A stretch of 64,000 bases of DNA from Caulobacteraceae bacterium (GCA_019247715.1 JAFBAO010000107.1:24377-88376); one strand, 5' to 3'. Positions 50,739 to 61,572 are shown, counted from the first letter of the stretch. A program made the numbers and translations. The notes: a model not told the origin generated them from the letters alone.

Positions 50739-51620
50739 CTACTGGAACACCACGGTGCGGCTGCCGTTCGCCAGCACCCGCCGCTCGGCGTGCCACTTGA
50801 CCGCCCGGGCCAGGACCAGGGCTTCGACATCCCGGCCCACCGCCACATAGTCCTCCACCGTCAGGCTGTGGCCGACCCGCTCGACCGCCTGCTCGATGAT
50901 CGGCCCCTCGTCGAGATCCTCGGTCACATAGTGGGCCGTTGCGCCGATCAGCTTCACCCCGCGCTCGTGGGCGCGGTGGTAGGGCTTGGCCCCCTTGAAG
51001 CTGGGCAGGAATGAGTGGTGGATGTTGATGATCCTGCCGGGGTGGCGCGCGCAGAACTCGCCCGAGAGGATCTGCATGTAGCGGGCGAGCACGATCAGCT
51101 CGACGCCCGAGGTCTCGACGATCTCTCCGAGCGCCTGCTCCTGGGCCGGCTTGGTCTCGGGGGTCACCGGCAAGAGGTGAAAGGGCAGCCCGGACCCCAC
51201 CGTCAGCGCCTCGAAATCCGGGTGGTTGGAAACCACCGCCTTGATGTCGATGGGCAGGGCCCCGATCCGCCAGCGGAACAGGAGGTCGTTCAGGCAATGG
51301 CCGAGCTTGGAGACCATGATCAGGGCGGGGGTCTTGGCCGCCGCATCGAAGAGCCGCGCCTGCATGTCGTGCTTGGCCGCAACCGGGCCGATGGCGCGCT
51401 TCAGATCGTCGAGGCCCCGGCCGGCGGTGGATTCGAACACCGTCCGCATGAAGAAGCGCCCCGCGCCCCGTTCACCATGCTGGGCGCTCTCGACGATGTT
51501 GCAACCTTCCTCCACCAGCACCCGGGAGACGTCGGCGACGATTCCGATCCGGTCGGGGCAGGAAAGGGTGAGAATGAAGGTCGGCCAGGTCTTGCCGGCG
51601 GCTGTCTGCTTCAGGGCCAT
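50739..51620 (-). CDS. purU: Formyltetrahydrofolate deformylase
   Basis: ACT domain CPDRIGIVA, VSKLGHCL, LARYMQILS, NIHHSFLPSFKGAKPY, DEGPIIEQ. Confidence 0.96.
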   Translation of the reverse strand: MALKQTAAGKTWPTFILTLSCPDRIGIVADVSRVLVEEGCNIVESAQHGERGAGRFFMRTVFESTAGRGLDDLKRAIGPVAAKHDMQARLFDAAAKTPALIMVSKLGHCLNDLLFRWRIGALPIDIKAVVSNHPDFEALTVGSGLPFHLLPVTPETKPAQEQALGEIVETSGVELIVLARYMQILSGEFCARHPGRIINIHHSFLPSFKGAKPYHRAHERGVKLIGATAHYVTEDLDEGPIIEQAVERVGHSLTVEDYVAVGRDVEALVLARAVKWHAERRVLANGSRTVVFQ

Positions 51621-51726
51621 CGATACGCTTCCTCAGCTTCCACCCGCGGCCGTGCAAGACCAGGACCAAGGCGCAGCCCTGCGCCGCCTCTGTCCAAACG
51701 GGGGCAAGAACGGCTACGCTTCTTCA

Positions 51727-51751
51727 TGAACCCGACCCGGGCTTCGGCGTT
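51727..51751 (+). promoter_or_regulatory. SigT/EcfG-like promoter
   Basis: TGAAC-N16-CGTT (one mismatch to GGAAC), 47 nt before ATG 51799. Confidence 0.5.
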
Positions 51752-51798
51752 CCCGCCGACAAGGACAAGCCGTCGGCCCGACGGCCAAGGAGGCGGAC

Positions 51799-52113
51799 AT
51801 GAGACAGGCGATCAGGCTGGCGGTCTTTGTCTTCGCAGCCCTGGCGCTCGCCGCCTGTGTGGCGGGATCGGCCGAATCCGGCCACGCGGCGTCCGGCGGC
51901 CTCCTGTCGGGGTTCCTGCTGGGCTTCTGGCACGGCCTGATCGGCCCGGTGATGCTCATCATCGAGGTGATCAATCGGCTGCAGCCGCACCTGCTGCCCT
52001 GGAGCGTGCGCTTCTATGAAACGCGGGCGACGGGCCCGGCCTACGACGTCGGCTTCTATCTCGGACTGGTCGGCAGCCCGCTTTTCGCCGGATCGAGGTG
52101 GCGCGCCCGCTGA
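51799..52113 (+). CDS. Small membrane lipoprotein of unknown function
   Basis: RBS aaggagg; lipobox LAAC; GFWHGLI.P...FYE...G..YDVGFYLG pattern. Confidence 0.75.
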   Translation: MRQAIRLAVFVFAALALAACVAGSAESGHAASGGLLSGFLLGFWHGLIGPVMLIIEVINRLQPHLLPWSVRFYETRATGPAYDVGFYLGLVGSPLFAGSRWRAR

Positions 52114-52224
52114 TCCCGCGCGCTCCGCAAGCCGCCCACCCGCGCCTGCGGCTATGACTGCGCCGCGGGCGCCGATATCTAGGGCCCTGTGGAAGGGTCG
52201 GGGCGGCGGATAGAGGCGAGACGG

Positions 52225-53172
52225 ATGCGGCGGATCCTGGTCACCGGCGGCGCGGGCTTCATCGGCTCGCACCTCTGCGAGCGCCTCCTGGCCGGCGACG
52301 CGGAGGTGCTCTGCGTGGACAACTTCTTCACCGGCGCGCGGAGCAACGTGGCGCCCCTGCTGCCCGACCCGCGATTCGAGCTGATGCGTCACGACGTGAC
52401 CTTCCCGCTCTATGTGGAGGTGGACGAGATCTACAACCTCGCCTGCCCCGCCTCGCCGATCCATTACCAGTTCGACCCGGTCCAGACGACCAAGACCGCG
52501 GTCCACGGGGCGATCAACATGCTGGGCCTGGCCAAGCGCCGGCGGGCGAGGATCCTCCAGGCCTCCACCAGCGAGGTCTACGGGGACCCGGTGGTCCACC
52601 CCCAGCCCGAAGAGTACTGGGGGAACGTCAACCCGATCGGCCCCCGCTCCTGCTACGACGAGGGCAAGCGCTGCGCCGAGACCCTGTTCTTCGACTACCA
52701 CCGCCAGCACCTCCTGCAGATCAAGGTCGCGCGGATCTTCAACACCTACGGACCGCGGATGCACCCGGGCGACGGTCGGGTGGTCTCCAACTTCATCGTC
52801 CAGGCCCTCAAGGGCGAGCCGATCACCCTCTACGGCGACGGCGTCCAGACCCGCTCCTTCTGCTACGTGGATGACCTCGTGGACGGCCTCATCCGGCTGA
52901 TGGAGACGGGCGACGCGGTCACCGGCCCGATCAACCTCGGCAACCCCGGCGAGTTCAGCATCCGGGCGCTCGCCGAAACGGTGATCGCGCTCACCGGCTC
53001 ACGCTCGGAGCTCGTCTTCCGCCCCCTGCCGGAGGACGATCCGCGGCAGCGCCAACCGGACATCGGCAAGGCCGAGGCCGTGCTGGGCTGGAAGCCGACC
53101 GTCTCGCTCGAAGACGGGCTTGGCCGGACCATCGCCTACTTCGACGAGCTGCTGCGCCGCGGGCGCCTGTGA
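52225..53172 (+). CDS. UDP-glucuronate decarboxylase (UDP-xylose synthase)
   Basis: [62 protein letters not shown]. Confidence 0.93.
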   Translation: MRRILVTGGAGFIGSHLCERLLAGDAEVLCVDNFFTGARSNVAPLLPDPRFELMRHDVTFPLYVEVDEIYNLACPASPIHYQFDPVQTTKTAVHGAINMLGLAKRRRARILQASTSEVYGDPVVHPQPEEYWGNVNPIGPRSCYDEGKRCAETLFFDYHRQHLLQIKVARIFNTYGPRMHPGDGRVVSNFIVQALKGEPITLYGDGVQTRSFCYVDDLVDGLIRLMETGDAVTGPINLGNPGEFSIRALAETVIALTGSRSELVFRPLPEDDPRQRQPDIGKAEAVLGWKPTVSLEDGLGRTIAYFDELLRRGRL

Positions 53173-54698
53173 GCGCCGGACCGGCCCCCCCGAGGGCCCA
53201 GCTGGCCGGCTGGCGCTCGGCCCTGGCGCTCACGCTCTTGCTCACCCTACTGCGGCTCCTGGCGCTGCGGGCGAGCCCCCTGGAGCTCTATCCGGACGAG
53301 GCCCAATACTGGGTGTGGTCGCGGACGCTGGCGTGGGGCTACTTCTCCAAGCCGCCGATGATCGCCTGGCTGATCGCGGCGTCCACCGCCGCCTTCGGCG
53401 ACGCCGAGCCTTTCGTGCGTCTGTCCTCGCCCCTGCTGCACGCGGCGGCGGGGCTCTGGATCTACGCGGCCGGACGGCGGCTCTACGGGGCGGGAGTCGG
53501 CCTCGCCGCCCTCCTCATCTACGCCCTGATGCCGGCGGTGCAGCTCGGCGCCTTCGTGGTCAGCACCGACACCCCGCTCTGCGCCTTCCTCGCCGCGGCG
53601 CTGTGGCTTTACGCCATGCTTCAGCCGCCGGCGGCCCGCGCGAAGGTCCTCATCGCCGCCGGCCTCGGCGCAGGGCTCGGCCTGGCGTTCCTGTCCAAGT
53701 ACGCCGCCCTCTACGCGCTGATCGGAATCGGCCTTCACCTGGCGCTTGCCAAGGAGGCGCGGCGGGCCTGGAGCTTTGCGCCCGCCGCGGCCGCGATCGG
53801 CGCCTTCCTCGTGGTCGCCGGACCCAATCTCGCCTGGAACGCCGCCCACGGCTTCGCCACCGTCGCCCACACCGCCGACAACGCCGACCTCGGCTCGCGC
53901 CGGGTCTTCGACCTGCGCCCGCTCCTGGAGTTCCTCGGCGCCCAGTTCGGTGTCTTCGGCCCCGTTCCCTTCGCCGTGCTCGCGGGCGGCGCGGTCGGCC
54001 TGGCGGTCCGCCGCCGCCTCCAGGCCTCCGACCTCCTCCTCCTCTGCTGGGCCGCCCCGCCGCTGGTCATCATCATCGCCGAGGCCGTCATCGCCCGCGC
54101 CCATGCGAACTGGGCGGTGGCGGCCTATGTGCCGGGCTCGATCCTGGTGGCGGCCTGGCTGCTGCGCTGGCGGCGACGGCGATTGTTGGCGGCGACAGCG
54201 ATCGGCCAGGCGCTGGTGGCCGTGGCCATCCTGGCCGGCCTCACGCACCCGAAGCTCGCCGACTCCGTCGGCCTCGCCAACGCCCTGAAGCGCTTGCGGG
54301 GCTGGCGCGAGATGGCCGAGCAGTTCGTCCAGCAGGGCCAGATCGAGGCGCTTGCCGGACCGCTCACCGCCGCTGCGGTGGACGATCGCTTCCTCTTCAA
54401 CGAGATGGCCTACTACGGACGCAATTACTTCGGCGGGACGGGGCCGCCGTTGCGTGCCTGGACCGGTGGCGCACCGGCCGAGGATGAGGCCGAGCGGGCC
54501 TTCCCCCTCACCGTGGCCGAGGGCGGTCGGGTGCTGGTGGGCTCACTTGAGGGCTTTCGCACCAAGACCATCATGGCCGCTTTCGCCAGGACCGGGGACC
54601 TCGCCATCAGCGAGGTCCGGCTCGATCCCCGGCATGGCCGCCGGCTCGACATCTTCGTGGGCGAGGGGCTGCGGCCGGGGACGGCGCCCCTCCGGTAG
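53169..54698 (+). CDS. ArnT/PMT-like GT-C glycosyltransferase
   Basis: [38 protein letters not shown]; multiple TM helices; overlaps the UXS stop. Confidence 0.85.
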   Translation: MSAGPAPPRAQLAGWRSALALTLLLTLLRLLALRASPLELYPDEAQYWVWSRTLAWGYFSKPPMIAWLIAASTAAFGDAEPFVRLSSPLLHAAAGLWIYAAGRRLYGAGVGLAALLIYALMPAVQLGAFVVSTDTPLCAFLAAALWLYAMLQPPAARAKVLIAAGLGAGLGLAFLSKYAALYALIGIGLHLALAKEARRAWSFAPAAAAIGAFLVVAGPNLAWNAAHGFATVAHTADNADLGSRRVFDLRPLLEFLGAQFGVFGPVPFAVLAGGAVGLAVRRRLQASDLLLLCWAAPPLVIIIAEAVIARAHANWAVAAYVPGSILVAAWLLRWRRRRLLAATAIGQALVAVAILAGLTHPKLADSVGLANALKRLRGWREMAEQFVQQGQIEALAGPLTAAAVDDRFLFNEMAYYGRNYFGGTGPPLRAWTGGAPAEDEAERAFPLTVAEGGRVLVGSLEGFRTKTIMAAFARTGDLAISEVRLDPRHGRRLDIFVGEGLRPGTAPLR

Positions 54699-54759
54699 CG
54701 CCGCTTGACAGAGGGGCGGCCGGATCGCGACCTTCGCCGGCCCAAGGAAGACTGATGCG

Positions 54760-56238
54760 ATGGAGCACCTCGACGTCCTGGTGGTAGGGGCCGGCATCTC
54801 CGGGATCAGCGCCGCCTATCACCTGCAGAGGCGTCTGCCGTCGAAAAGCTTCGCGATCTTCGAGGCCCGACCGCGCCTCGGAGGCACCTGGGACCTCTTC
54901 CGGTTTCCGGGCGTCCGCTCGGATTCGGACATGCACAGCCTCGCCTTCTCCTTCCGCCCCTGGAAGAGAACCCAGTCGATCGTGGCGGGGGCGGACATCC
55001 TGGCCTATTTGCGGGAGACGGCGGCGGCGTTCGGGATCGATTGCCGAATACGCTTCGGCCGCCAGGTCACCGGGGCTGCGTGGGACTCGGCGGCGGCGCG
55101 CTGGACGGTGACGTACCGCGAGGGCGCGGACGGCGCCCAGCGCCAGCTCACCTGCGGCTTCCTCTTCTTCTGCGCCGGCTACTACAGCTACGCTGGCGGC
55201 CACCGTCCGGCCTTCCCGGAGGAATCGCGCTTTCGCGGCCCGATCATCCACCCCCAGGACTGGCCCCAGGACCTCGATTTGGCCGGCAAAGAGGTGGTGG
55301 TGATCGGCAGCGGCGCGACCGCCATCACCCTCGTCCCGGCCTTGGCCAAAGAGGCCCGCCACGTGGTGATGCTGCAGCGCTCGCCTACCTACGTCGTTTC
55401 CCGGCCGTCGGAGGACGCGCTGGCCCGGCGGCTCGCGAAGTTCCTCCCGGCGACCATCGCCCACCGGCTGGCGCGTTGGCGCAACGTGCTGCTGCAGATG
55501 TGGTTCTTCCGCCTGGCCCGTCGGCGGCCGAGCGCCGTGCGGGCCCAGATCCTGCGGATGATCCGCGACCAGCTGGGTCCCGACTATGACGTAGCCACTC
55601 ATTTCAGCCCCACGTACAAGCCCTGGGACCAGAGGCTCTGCCTGATCCCGGAGGCGGACCTCTTCGAAGCGATCAGGGCCGGCGGCGCCTCGGTCGTCAC
55701 CGGCCGGATCGAGACCTTCACCGAGACCGGGGTTACGCTCGCGTCGGGCGAGACACTGGCCGCCGACGTCATCGTCACCGCCACGGGCCTGGAGGTCGAG
55801 CTCCTGGGCGGTGCGACGCTCGAAGTGGACGGCGCCCGCGTCGAGCTCGGTCGGACCTTCAGCTACAAGGGCCTGATGTTCAGCGGGGTCCCGAACCTGG
55901 CGGCGGTGTTCGGCTACACCAACGCCTCCTGGACCCTGAAAGCCGATCTCGCCGCCCAGTTCGTCTGCCGGCTCCTGGCCCACATGGACCGCCGGGGCTG
56001 GGCCGAGTGCCGTCCGGTCGGCGGCGACCTGGGGCGCGCGGGGGCCCCGTGGCTCGATTTCAGCTCCGGCTACATCGTCCGGGCGCTGGACCGGCTTCCC
56101 AAGCAAGGCGATAGGCCACCCTGGAAGGTCCGCCAGAACTACCTGGCCGACCTCCTCGCCCTCCGCTTTGCCCGGATCGAAGACGGCGTCCTGCGTTTCT
56201 CCGCGCCTGGCCGGGCGCCAATTCGTACCAAGGCCTGA
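54760..56238 (+). CDS. Baeyer-Villiger-type flavin monooxygenase (EthA-like)
   Basis: GAGISG, GGTWDLFRFPGVRSDSD, FRGPIIHPQDWP fingerprint, GSGATA. Confidence 0.9.
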   Translation: MEHLDVLVVGAGISGISAAYHLQRRLPSKSFAIFEARPRLGGTWDLFRFPGVRSDSDMHSLAFSFRPWKRTQSIVAGADILAYLRETAAAFGIDCRIRFGRQVTGAAWDSAAARWTVTYREGADGAQRQLTCGFLFFCAGYYSYAGGHRPAFPEESRFRGPIIHPQDWPQDLDLAGKEVVVIGSGATAITLVPALAKEARHVVMLQRSPTYVVSRPSEDALARRLAKFLPATIAHRLARWRNVLLQMWFFRLARRRPSAVRAQILRMIRDQLGPDYDVATHFSPTYKPWDQRLCLIPEADLFEAIRAGGASVVTGRIETFTETGVTLASGETLAADVIVTATGLEVELLGGATLEVDGARVELGRTFSYKGLMFSGVPNLAAVFGYTNASWTLKADLAAQFVCRLLAHMDRRGWAECRPVGGDLGRAGAPWLDFSSGYIVRALDRLPKQGDRPPWKVRQNYLADLLALRFARIEDGVLRFSAPGRAPIRTKA

Positions 56239-57008
56239 GGCCTCGGCGGCCTAGGATCCACGAACAAGTTCTGGTGGGCGCGCGCGAACTCACCGGCGCG
56301 GTCCGAAAGGATGACGTTGGTCAGCGCCCGGCCCTCGCCGTGAGTGACGGTCTCGGCCTCCACCAAAAGCCAGGGGCCGCGCGGGGTGCGGACCAGGTTC
56401 ATCGACACATCGACGTTGGCCCAGGTGTATTCGCGCCAGGGCAAGACACTGGAGATGCCGCTGCCGAAGTCGCACAGCATCGCGGCGGCGACGAACGGGC
56501 TGAGCGCCTCGCCCTCGACGAGGTCGCCCTCGAAGCGGATCCAGGCCGCCGCGGGGCCGAGATGGTCCCGCCCCCCGCCGAGCACGTTGCGCCTGTCGGT
56601 GATCGACCCGACGCCTCCGCGCGACGGCTTGAAGTTTGGCTCGAACATCTCCGGTTGGGTGGCCGGGGGCGATATCGCCATCGACGGGGTCTCCGCGAAG
56701 CGCAGCCTGAGGCCATAGGCCCGGGCCAGCACCTCCCCTTCCATCACGAGCTGCGCCTCGAGCAGCTGCATGCGAGGCCCGTCCTTGATCGGCGCGCACG
56801 CCACCCGGAAGGCGCCGATGGGCACCGGCCTCAGGATGTCCAGATGGAAGCGCGCGAAGGCCATCGGGGCCAGGGTCGGCTGCGCTTCGAGGGCCTGGGC
56901 CATGACCCCGCAAAGGGCGACGCCGCTCTGCATCCTGGGGTCCCAGGGACCGACGGTGCCCTCCAGGGCCACGAAGCCCTCGCCGCTGCGTCGAAACAAG
57001 GCCCCCAC
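56139..57008 (-). CDS. TesB-like double hot-dog thioesterase family protein
   Basis: GPWDPRMQSG, DILRPVP, CDFGSGIS, NVDVSMNLVR.PRGPW. Confidence 0.8.
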   Translation of the reverse strand: MGALFRRSGEGFVALEGTVGPWDPRMQSGVALCGVMAQALEAQPTLAPMAFARFHLDILRPVPIGAFRVACAPIKDGPRMQLLEAQLVMEGEVLARAYGLRLRFAETPSMAISPPATQPEMFEPNFKPSRGGVGSITDRRNVLGGGRDHLGPAAAWIRFEGDLVEGEALSPFVAAAMLCDFGSGISSVLPWREYTWANVDVSMNLVRTPRGPWLLVEAETVTHGEGRALTNVILSDRAGEFARAHQNLFVDPRPPRPQALVRIGARPGAEKRRTPSSIRAKRRARRSAR

Positions 57009-57161
57009 GCTCGATCGCCTCCAGGTGCGCCAGTCGTTCGGAAGTTCCGGCAGCTAACCGATGGCGCCGGCGGTGTGAAGGTCCGCCCGGGGCCGAGCGC
57101 CGCCTTGAGGCGAAACCGATTCGCCTGCTAGCGCCGTTTCGGGGGGTTCGAAAGGACATCG

Positions 57162-57878
57162 ATGGCCAACACCCGCCCTCGCTGCCCCTCCAGGGGCTGG
57201 GGCCGCTTCCTTCGCCGGCTGCTCGTGACCCTGGTCGCGGCGCTCGTGCTCGCGCCGATCGCCCTGACCCTGATCTACCGCTTCGTCCCGCCGCCGATCA
57301 CCATCCTGATGGTCGAACGGCTGTTCCAGGGCAAGGGCCTCGACCATCGGTGGCGCGCGCTCTCGCAGATGTCGCCCACCTTGCCTCTCGCCGCCATCGC
57401 CGCCGAGGACGCCCGCTTCTGCGAGCATCACGGGTTCGACTTCGAGGCCATGGAGAAGGCCCTGAAGCACAACGAGGCGAAGCCCGAGCGCATCCGGGGC
57501 GGCTCGACCATCAGCCAGCAGACCGCCAAGAACGTCTTCCTCTGGCCGGAGCGCTCCTGGGTCCGCAAGGGATTCGAGGCCTATCTCACCGTGCTCATCG
57601 AGACCTTGTGGGGCAAGCGGCGGATCATGGAGGTCTATCTCAACACGGTGGAGATGGGCCCGGGGATCTACGGCGTGGAGGCCGCCGCGGAGCGCTATTT
57701 CCACACCAGCGCCAAGGCCCTCAGCGCCCAGCAGTCGGCGCGCCTCATCGCCATCCTTCCCAGTCCGCTGAAGTGGCAGGCGGTCAACCCGGGCCCCTAT
57801 GTCCGGCGGCGCACCGGCCGTATCGGGGCCGGCGAGGGGACCGTGGCCCGGCGGGGGCGCGACGACTGTATCGGCTAA
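57162..57878 (+). CDS. mtgA: Monofunctional peptidoglycan transglycosylase
   Basis: [40 protein letters not shown]. Confidence 0.94.
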   Translation: MANTRPRCPSRGWGRFLRRLLVTLVAALVLAPIALTLIYRFVPPPITILMVERLFQGKGLDHRWRALSQMSPTLPLAAIAAEDARFCEHHGFDFEAMEKALKHNEAKPERIRGGSTISQQTAKNVFLWPERSWVRKGFEAYLTVLIETLWGKRRIMEVYLNTVEMGPGIYGVEAAAERYFHTSAKALSAQQSARLIAILPSPLKWQAVNPGPYVRRRTGRIGAGEGTVARRGRDDCIG

Positions 57879-57907
57879 GGACGGGGCCTCTGCAGCGCCG
57901 CCGTCGC

Positions 57908-58117
57908 TCAGTTCCCGCCGAAGCAGGCCTTCCAGTGGAACTGGCTCAGGGGGGCGATGCGGTCCATGCCGCGGCCTTCTTCACGCAGCCACGCCCGTCC
58001 GTCGTGCAGCTGCAGCACCCGGTAGATAGGCGCGCCTCCCGCTTCGGCGCTCACCCGGTCCCCGACCTGGACGCCGGCCTGGGCCGCCTCGTTCAGCAAG
58101 ACCCAATCGACACGCAT
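57908..58117 (-). CDS. Small hypothetical protein
   Basis: 69-aa ORF with RBS gagga; VQVGDRV...YRVL..DGRAWL suggests a small beta-barrel. Confidence 0.55.
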   Translation of the reverse strand: MRVDWVLLNEAAQAGVQVGDRVSAEAGGAPIYRVLQLHDGRAWLREEGRGMDRIAPLSQFHWKACFGGN

Positions 58118-58216
58118 GACGCGATCCTCTTTCACTTGGAAGCCGCAGGGCGGCTACGGTGGAAAGGATGCGCTGCGCGAGCTGAGCCAAGCCTGAGCAG
58201 CCCGTTCAAGGCCCGT

Positions 58217-60913
58217 TCAGGAACGACCGAGCAGCGCCTTCAGCCGGTAGAGGGCCTCCATCGCCTCCCGGGGGCTCATTCCGTCCGGATCGAGGAGGGT
58301 GAGCGCCTGCTCCAGCGGGCCCGGACCGGACGGGGCGGGCGGCTGGGCGTGGACGGCGGCGAACAGCGGCAGATCAGCCAGGCCGTCGTGGGCGCTCGCC
58401 TCGCTCTCCAGCCGGTCGAGCACCTGGCGCGCGCGGGCCACCACCGCCGGCGGAACGCCCGCGAGCTTGGCCACCTGGACGCCATAGGAGCGATCGGCCG
58501 GGCCGGGGCCAGCCTCGTGCAGGAAGACCAGCTCGCCGTTCCACTCCTTGGCCCTCAGCGACAGATTGGAGACGTGGGCGAGGCGCGTCTCCAGGCTGGC
58601 CAGCTCGTGATAGTGGGTGGCGAAGAGGGCCCGGCACCGGTTCACATCGTGGAGCGCCTCCGCGCAGGCCCAGGCGATCGCCAGGCCGTCATAGGTGGCC
58701 GTGCCGCGGCCGATCTCGTCGAGGATCACGAACGAGCGGGCGGTGGCGCCGTTGAGGATCGCCGCCGTCTCGACCATCTCGGCCATGAAGGTCGAGCGGC
58801 CCCGCGCGAGGTCGTCGCTGGCGCCCACGCGGCTGAACAGCCGGTCCACGACGCCCAGGCGGAGCGATCTCGCCGGCACGAAGCAGCCCGCCTGGGCCAG
58901 CACCACGATGAGGGCGTTCTGGCGCAGGAACGTTGACTTGCCGGCCATGTTGGGGCCCGTGACGATGGAGAGCCTGGCCGCAGCCTCCCCCGCGCCGTCG
59001 AGACGGCAGTCGTTGGGCGTGAAGGGATCGCCGGCCCGTTTCACCGCCGTCTCGACCACCGGATGGCGCGCGCCCTCGGCTTCGAAGGCGACGGAACGGT
59101 CGATGCGCGGACGGCTCGCACCGGTCTCCTCGGCCCACTCGGCGAGCGCCGCGGCGACATCGATCCGGGCCAGAGCCTCGGCGACGCCGCGGATCTCGGC
59201 CGCCAGCCCTTCGGCGCCAGCCCGCCAGGCTTCGAACACCTCGAGCTCGATCGCCAGCGCCCGCTCGGCCGCGTGGGCGATCCTGGCGTCGAGGTCGGCC
59301 AGCTCCAGGGTGGTGAACCTCACCTGGTTGGCCAGCGTCTGACGGTGAATGAACTGCGCCGAGAGCGGCGGACGCATCAAGGGCTCGGCCTTGCCGGCGC
59401 TCGTCTCCAGGAAATAGCCGAGCACCGCGTTATGGCGGACCTTCAGGGGAACGCCGCTCTCGCCCTGGAGCCGCGCCTCGAGGGCGGCGAGAACCTGCCG
59501 ACTGTCGCCCTGGAGGGCGCGCGCCTCGTCGAGGTCCGCCCGCACGCCCGCCGCCACGAAACCGCCGTCGCGCGTCTGGGCTGGAAGGGCGGGCCCGAGC
59601 CCCGCGGTCAGGGCGGATGCGAAGGCGTCGAGCGCGGGGCTGGGGGCCAGAGCGGCGAGCGCGTCCGCCACCTCGGCCGGCGCCGGCGAGAGAGGGTCGG
59701 GCGTGGCTCCGATGAAGCGGACGACTTCGGCGGCGGCGGCGAAGCTCTCGCTCAGGCAACCGAGATCCCGGGGACCTCCGCGGCCGAGGACGAGGCGCGC
59801 GAGCGCCCGGGCGACATCGCCCCAGCCCTTCAGCACCCCCCGCAGCCGTTCGCGCAGCGCCCGCCGCGCCAGGAACCAGTCGACCGCGTCGAGTCTCGCC
59901 TCGATCGCCTCGGGCGACATCAGCGGCCGCGCCAGCCTCGCGGCCAGCATCCGCGCGCCTGCCGCGGTGACAGTGCGGTCGACGGCGTCGAGCAGCGAGC
60001 CGGCGGCCACGCCGCCGACCGAGCGCTCGATCTCGAGGCTCGCACGGGTGGCCGGGTCGATGGCCATCACGTCGGCCTCGCCGGACCGCCGCGGCGGTCC
60101 CACCGCCGGCAGACGGCCTCCCTGGGTGGTTTCGAGATGGGCCGCGATGAGGCCGAGGGCGGCGATCTCGGCCCCCGCGAGGGCGCCGAAGCCGTCCAGG
60201 GTCCCGACTCCGTAAAGCCGCTTCAATCGCGCCTCGGAGGCGGCCGGCTCGGCGAGCGCCTGAGCCATCGGCTGGACGATGCTGCTGGCGGATTTCAGCG
60301 CCGCGCTCGCCCCCTCGTCGGCGAACAGCCGATCGGGAACCAGGATTTCAGAGGGCGCGATCGCCGCCAGAGCGGAGGCGAGGCCCTCGCGGCTCACCAG
60401 CAGGCACTCGACCTCGCCGGTGGAGAGCTCGACGCTGGCGACGGCCGCCTGGCCGGCGCGGACCGCCACCGCCGCCAGCCGGTTTGCGCCCCGCGCGTCG
60501 AGAAGCCCCTCTTCGGTGAGGGTTCCGGGCGTAACCACCCGCACCAGCTCGCGGCGCACCACCGCCTTGGCCCCACGCTTGCGCGCCTGGGCCGGGTCTT
60601 CCATCTGCTCGCAGACTGCGACCTTGAAGCCCGCCCGGATCAGCTTGGCGAGGTAGGCCTCCGCCGCGTGCGCCGGCACCCCGGCCATGGGAATGGGGGC
60701 GCCGGCGTGGGTTCCGCGATGAGTGAGGGTGATGCCGATGGCCGCCGCGGCCTTGGCCGCGTCATCGAAGAACAGCTCGTAGAAGTCGCCCATCCGGAAG
60801 AAGATCAGGGCGTCCGGCTGGCGCGCCTTGGCCTCGAAGAACTGCGCCATCACCGGGCTCGCCCCCGCCGGGTCCGGGGCGGCCAGATCGGGAGCGGGAA
60901 TCGGCGCGTTCAT
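58217..60913 (-). CDS. mutS: DNA mismatch repair protein MutS
   Basis: FRMGDFYELF, GPNMAGKSTFLRQ, STFMAEM, DEIGRGT, ATHYHEL, RSYGVQVA. Confidence 0.97.
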   Translation of the reverse strand: MNAPIPAPDLAAPDPAGASPVMAQFFEAKARQPDALIFFRMGDFYELFFDDAAKAAAAIGITLTHRGTHAGAPIPMAGVPAHAAEAYLAKLIRAGFKVAVCEQMEDPAQARKRGAKAVVRRELVRVVTPGTLTEEGLLDARGANRLAAVAVRAGQAAVASVELSTGEVECLLVSREGLASALAAIAPSEILVPDRLFADEGASAALKSASSIVQPMAQALAEPAASEARLKRLYGVGTLDGFGALAGAEIAALGLIAAHLETTQGGRLPAVGPPRRSGEADVMAIDPATRASLEIERSVGGVAAGSLLDAVDRTVTAAGARMLAARLARPLMSPEAIEARLDAVDWFLARRALRERLRGVLKGWGDVARALARLVLGRGGPRDLGCLSESFAAAAEVVRFIGATPDPLSPAPAEVADALAALAPSPALDAFASALTAGLGPALPAQTRDGGFVAAGVRADLDEARALQGDSRQVLAALEARLQGESGVPLKVRHNAVLGYFLETSAGKAEPLMRPPLSAQFIHRQTLANQVRFTTLELADLDARIAHAAERALAIELEVFEAWRAGAEGLAAEIRGVAEALARIDVAAALAEWAEETGASRPRIDRSVAFEAEGARHPVVETAVKRAGDPFTPNDCRLDGAGEAAARLSIVTGPNMAGKSTFLRQNALIVVLAQAGCFVPARSLRLGVVDRLFSRVGASDDLARGRSTFMAEMVETAAILNGATARSFVILDEIGRGTATYDGLAIAWACAEALHDVNRCRALFATHYHELASLETRLAHVSNLSLRAKEWNGELVFLHEAGPGPADRSYGVQVAKLAGVPPAVVARARQVLDRLESEASAHDGLADLPLFAAVHAQPPAPSGPGPLEQALTLLDPDGMSPREAMEALYRLKALLGRS

Positions 60914-60990
60914 GGCCGTGAAGCTAGTCGGTGCGCCCTGGCCTTTGAACCCGCCTTGACGGCGCCGCTGCGCAGTCCGACCTTGCGGCC

Positions 60991-61530
60991 ATGGTGGACC
61001 TTCTGGATTACGCCATAGTCCCCGCCGGTCCCGGCGACGCGGCGGACCTCGCCCGGGTGCATGTCAAATCCTGGCGCGAGACCTATCCGGGCCACCTCCC
61101 TCAGACCTACCTCAACGGCATGCGGCCGTCGGCGCACGCGCGGCGGTTCTATCGCGACCTCATGCGCGCCAGTCCGGGCGAGGTGGTCCTGCTGGCCGAG
61201 AGCGCCGAAGGACCCGTGGGCTACGCCTCGGGCGCGCGCCTGAAGGCCGAGACGCGGCCGGCCGACTCGGAGGTCTTCACCCTCTATGTGCTGAAGGCGG
61301 CCCAGAAGGCCGGACTGGGCCGGGCCCTGCTGAACTCGGCCGCCAGGGTCTTCCAGGCGGACGGGGCGCGTTCGCTGATGCTGCGGGTGCTCTCGAGCAA
61401 CCGCAAGGCTCGAGGGTTTTACGAACACCTCGGCGGCGAGGCCTTCGCCGAGGTCCCTTCGCAGGGTTGGGGCGGCGGCCTCACCGAGATCGCCTACCGC
61501 TGGGGGGACATCGCGCGCCTGACGAAGTGA
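60991..61530 (+). CDS. GNAT family N-acetyltransferase
   Basis: DLARVHVKSWRETY, LYVLKAAQKAGLGRAL, NRKARGFYEHLGG. Confidence 0.88.
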   Translation: MVDLLDYAIVPAGPGDAADLARVHVKSWRETYPGHLPQTYLNGMRPSAHARRFYRDLMRASPGEVVLLAESAEGPVGYASGARLKAETRPADSEVFTLYVLKAAQKAGLGRALLNSAARVFQADGARSLMLRVLSSNRKARGFYEHLGGEAFAEVPSQGWGGGLTEIAYRWGDIARLTK

Positions 61531-61533
61531 TTT

Positions 61534-61570
61534 CCTCTCCCTCCTCTTCATGGGGAGGCAGACGGGAGGG
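61534..61570. terminator. Purine/pyrimidine-rich hairpin between convergent GNAT and dnaJ genes
   Basis: CTCCC-(TCCTCTTCATGGGGAGG)-CAGAC-GGGAG nested imperfect stem. Confidence 0.3.
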
Positions 61571-61572
61571 CC

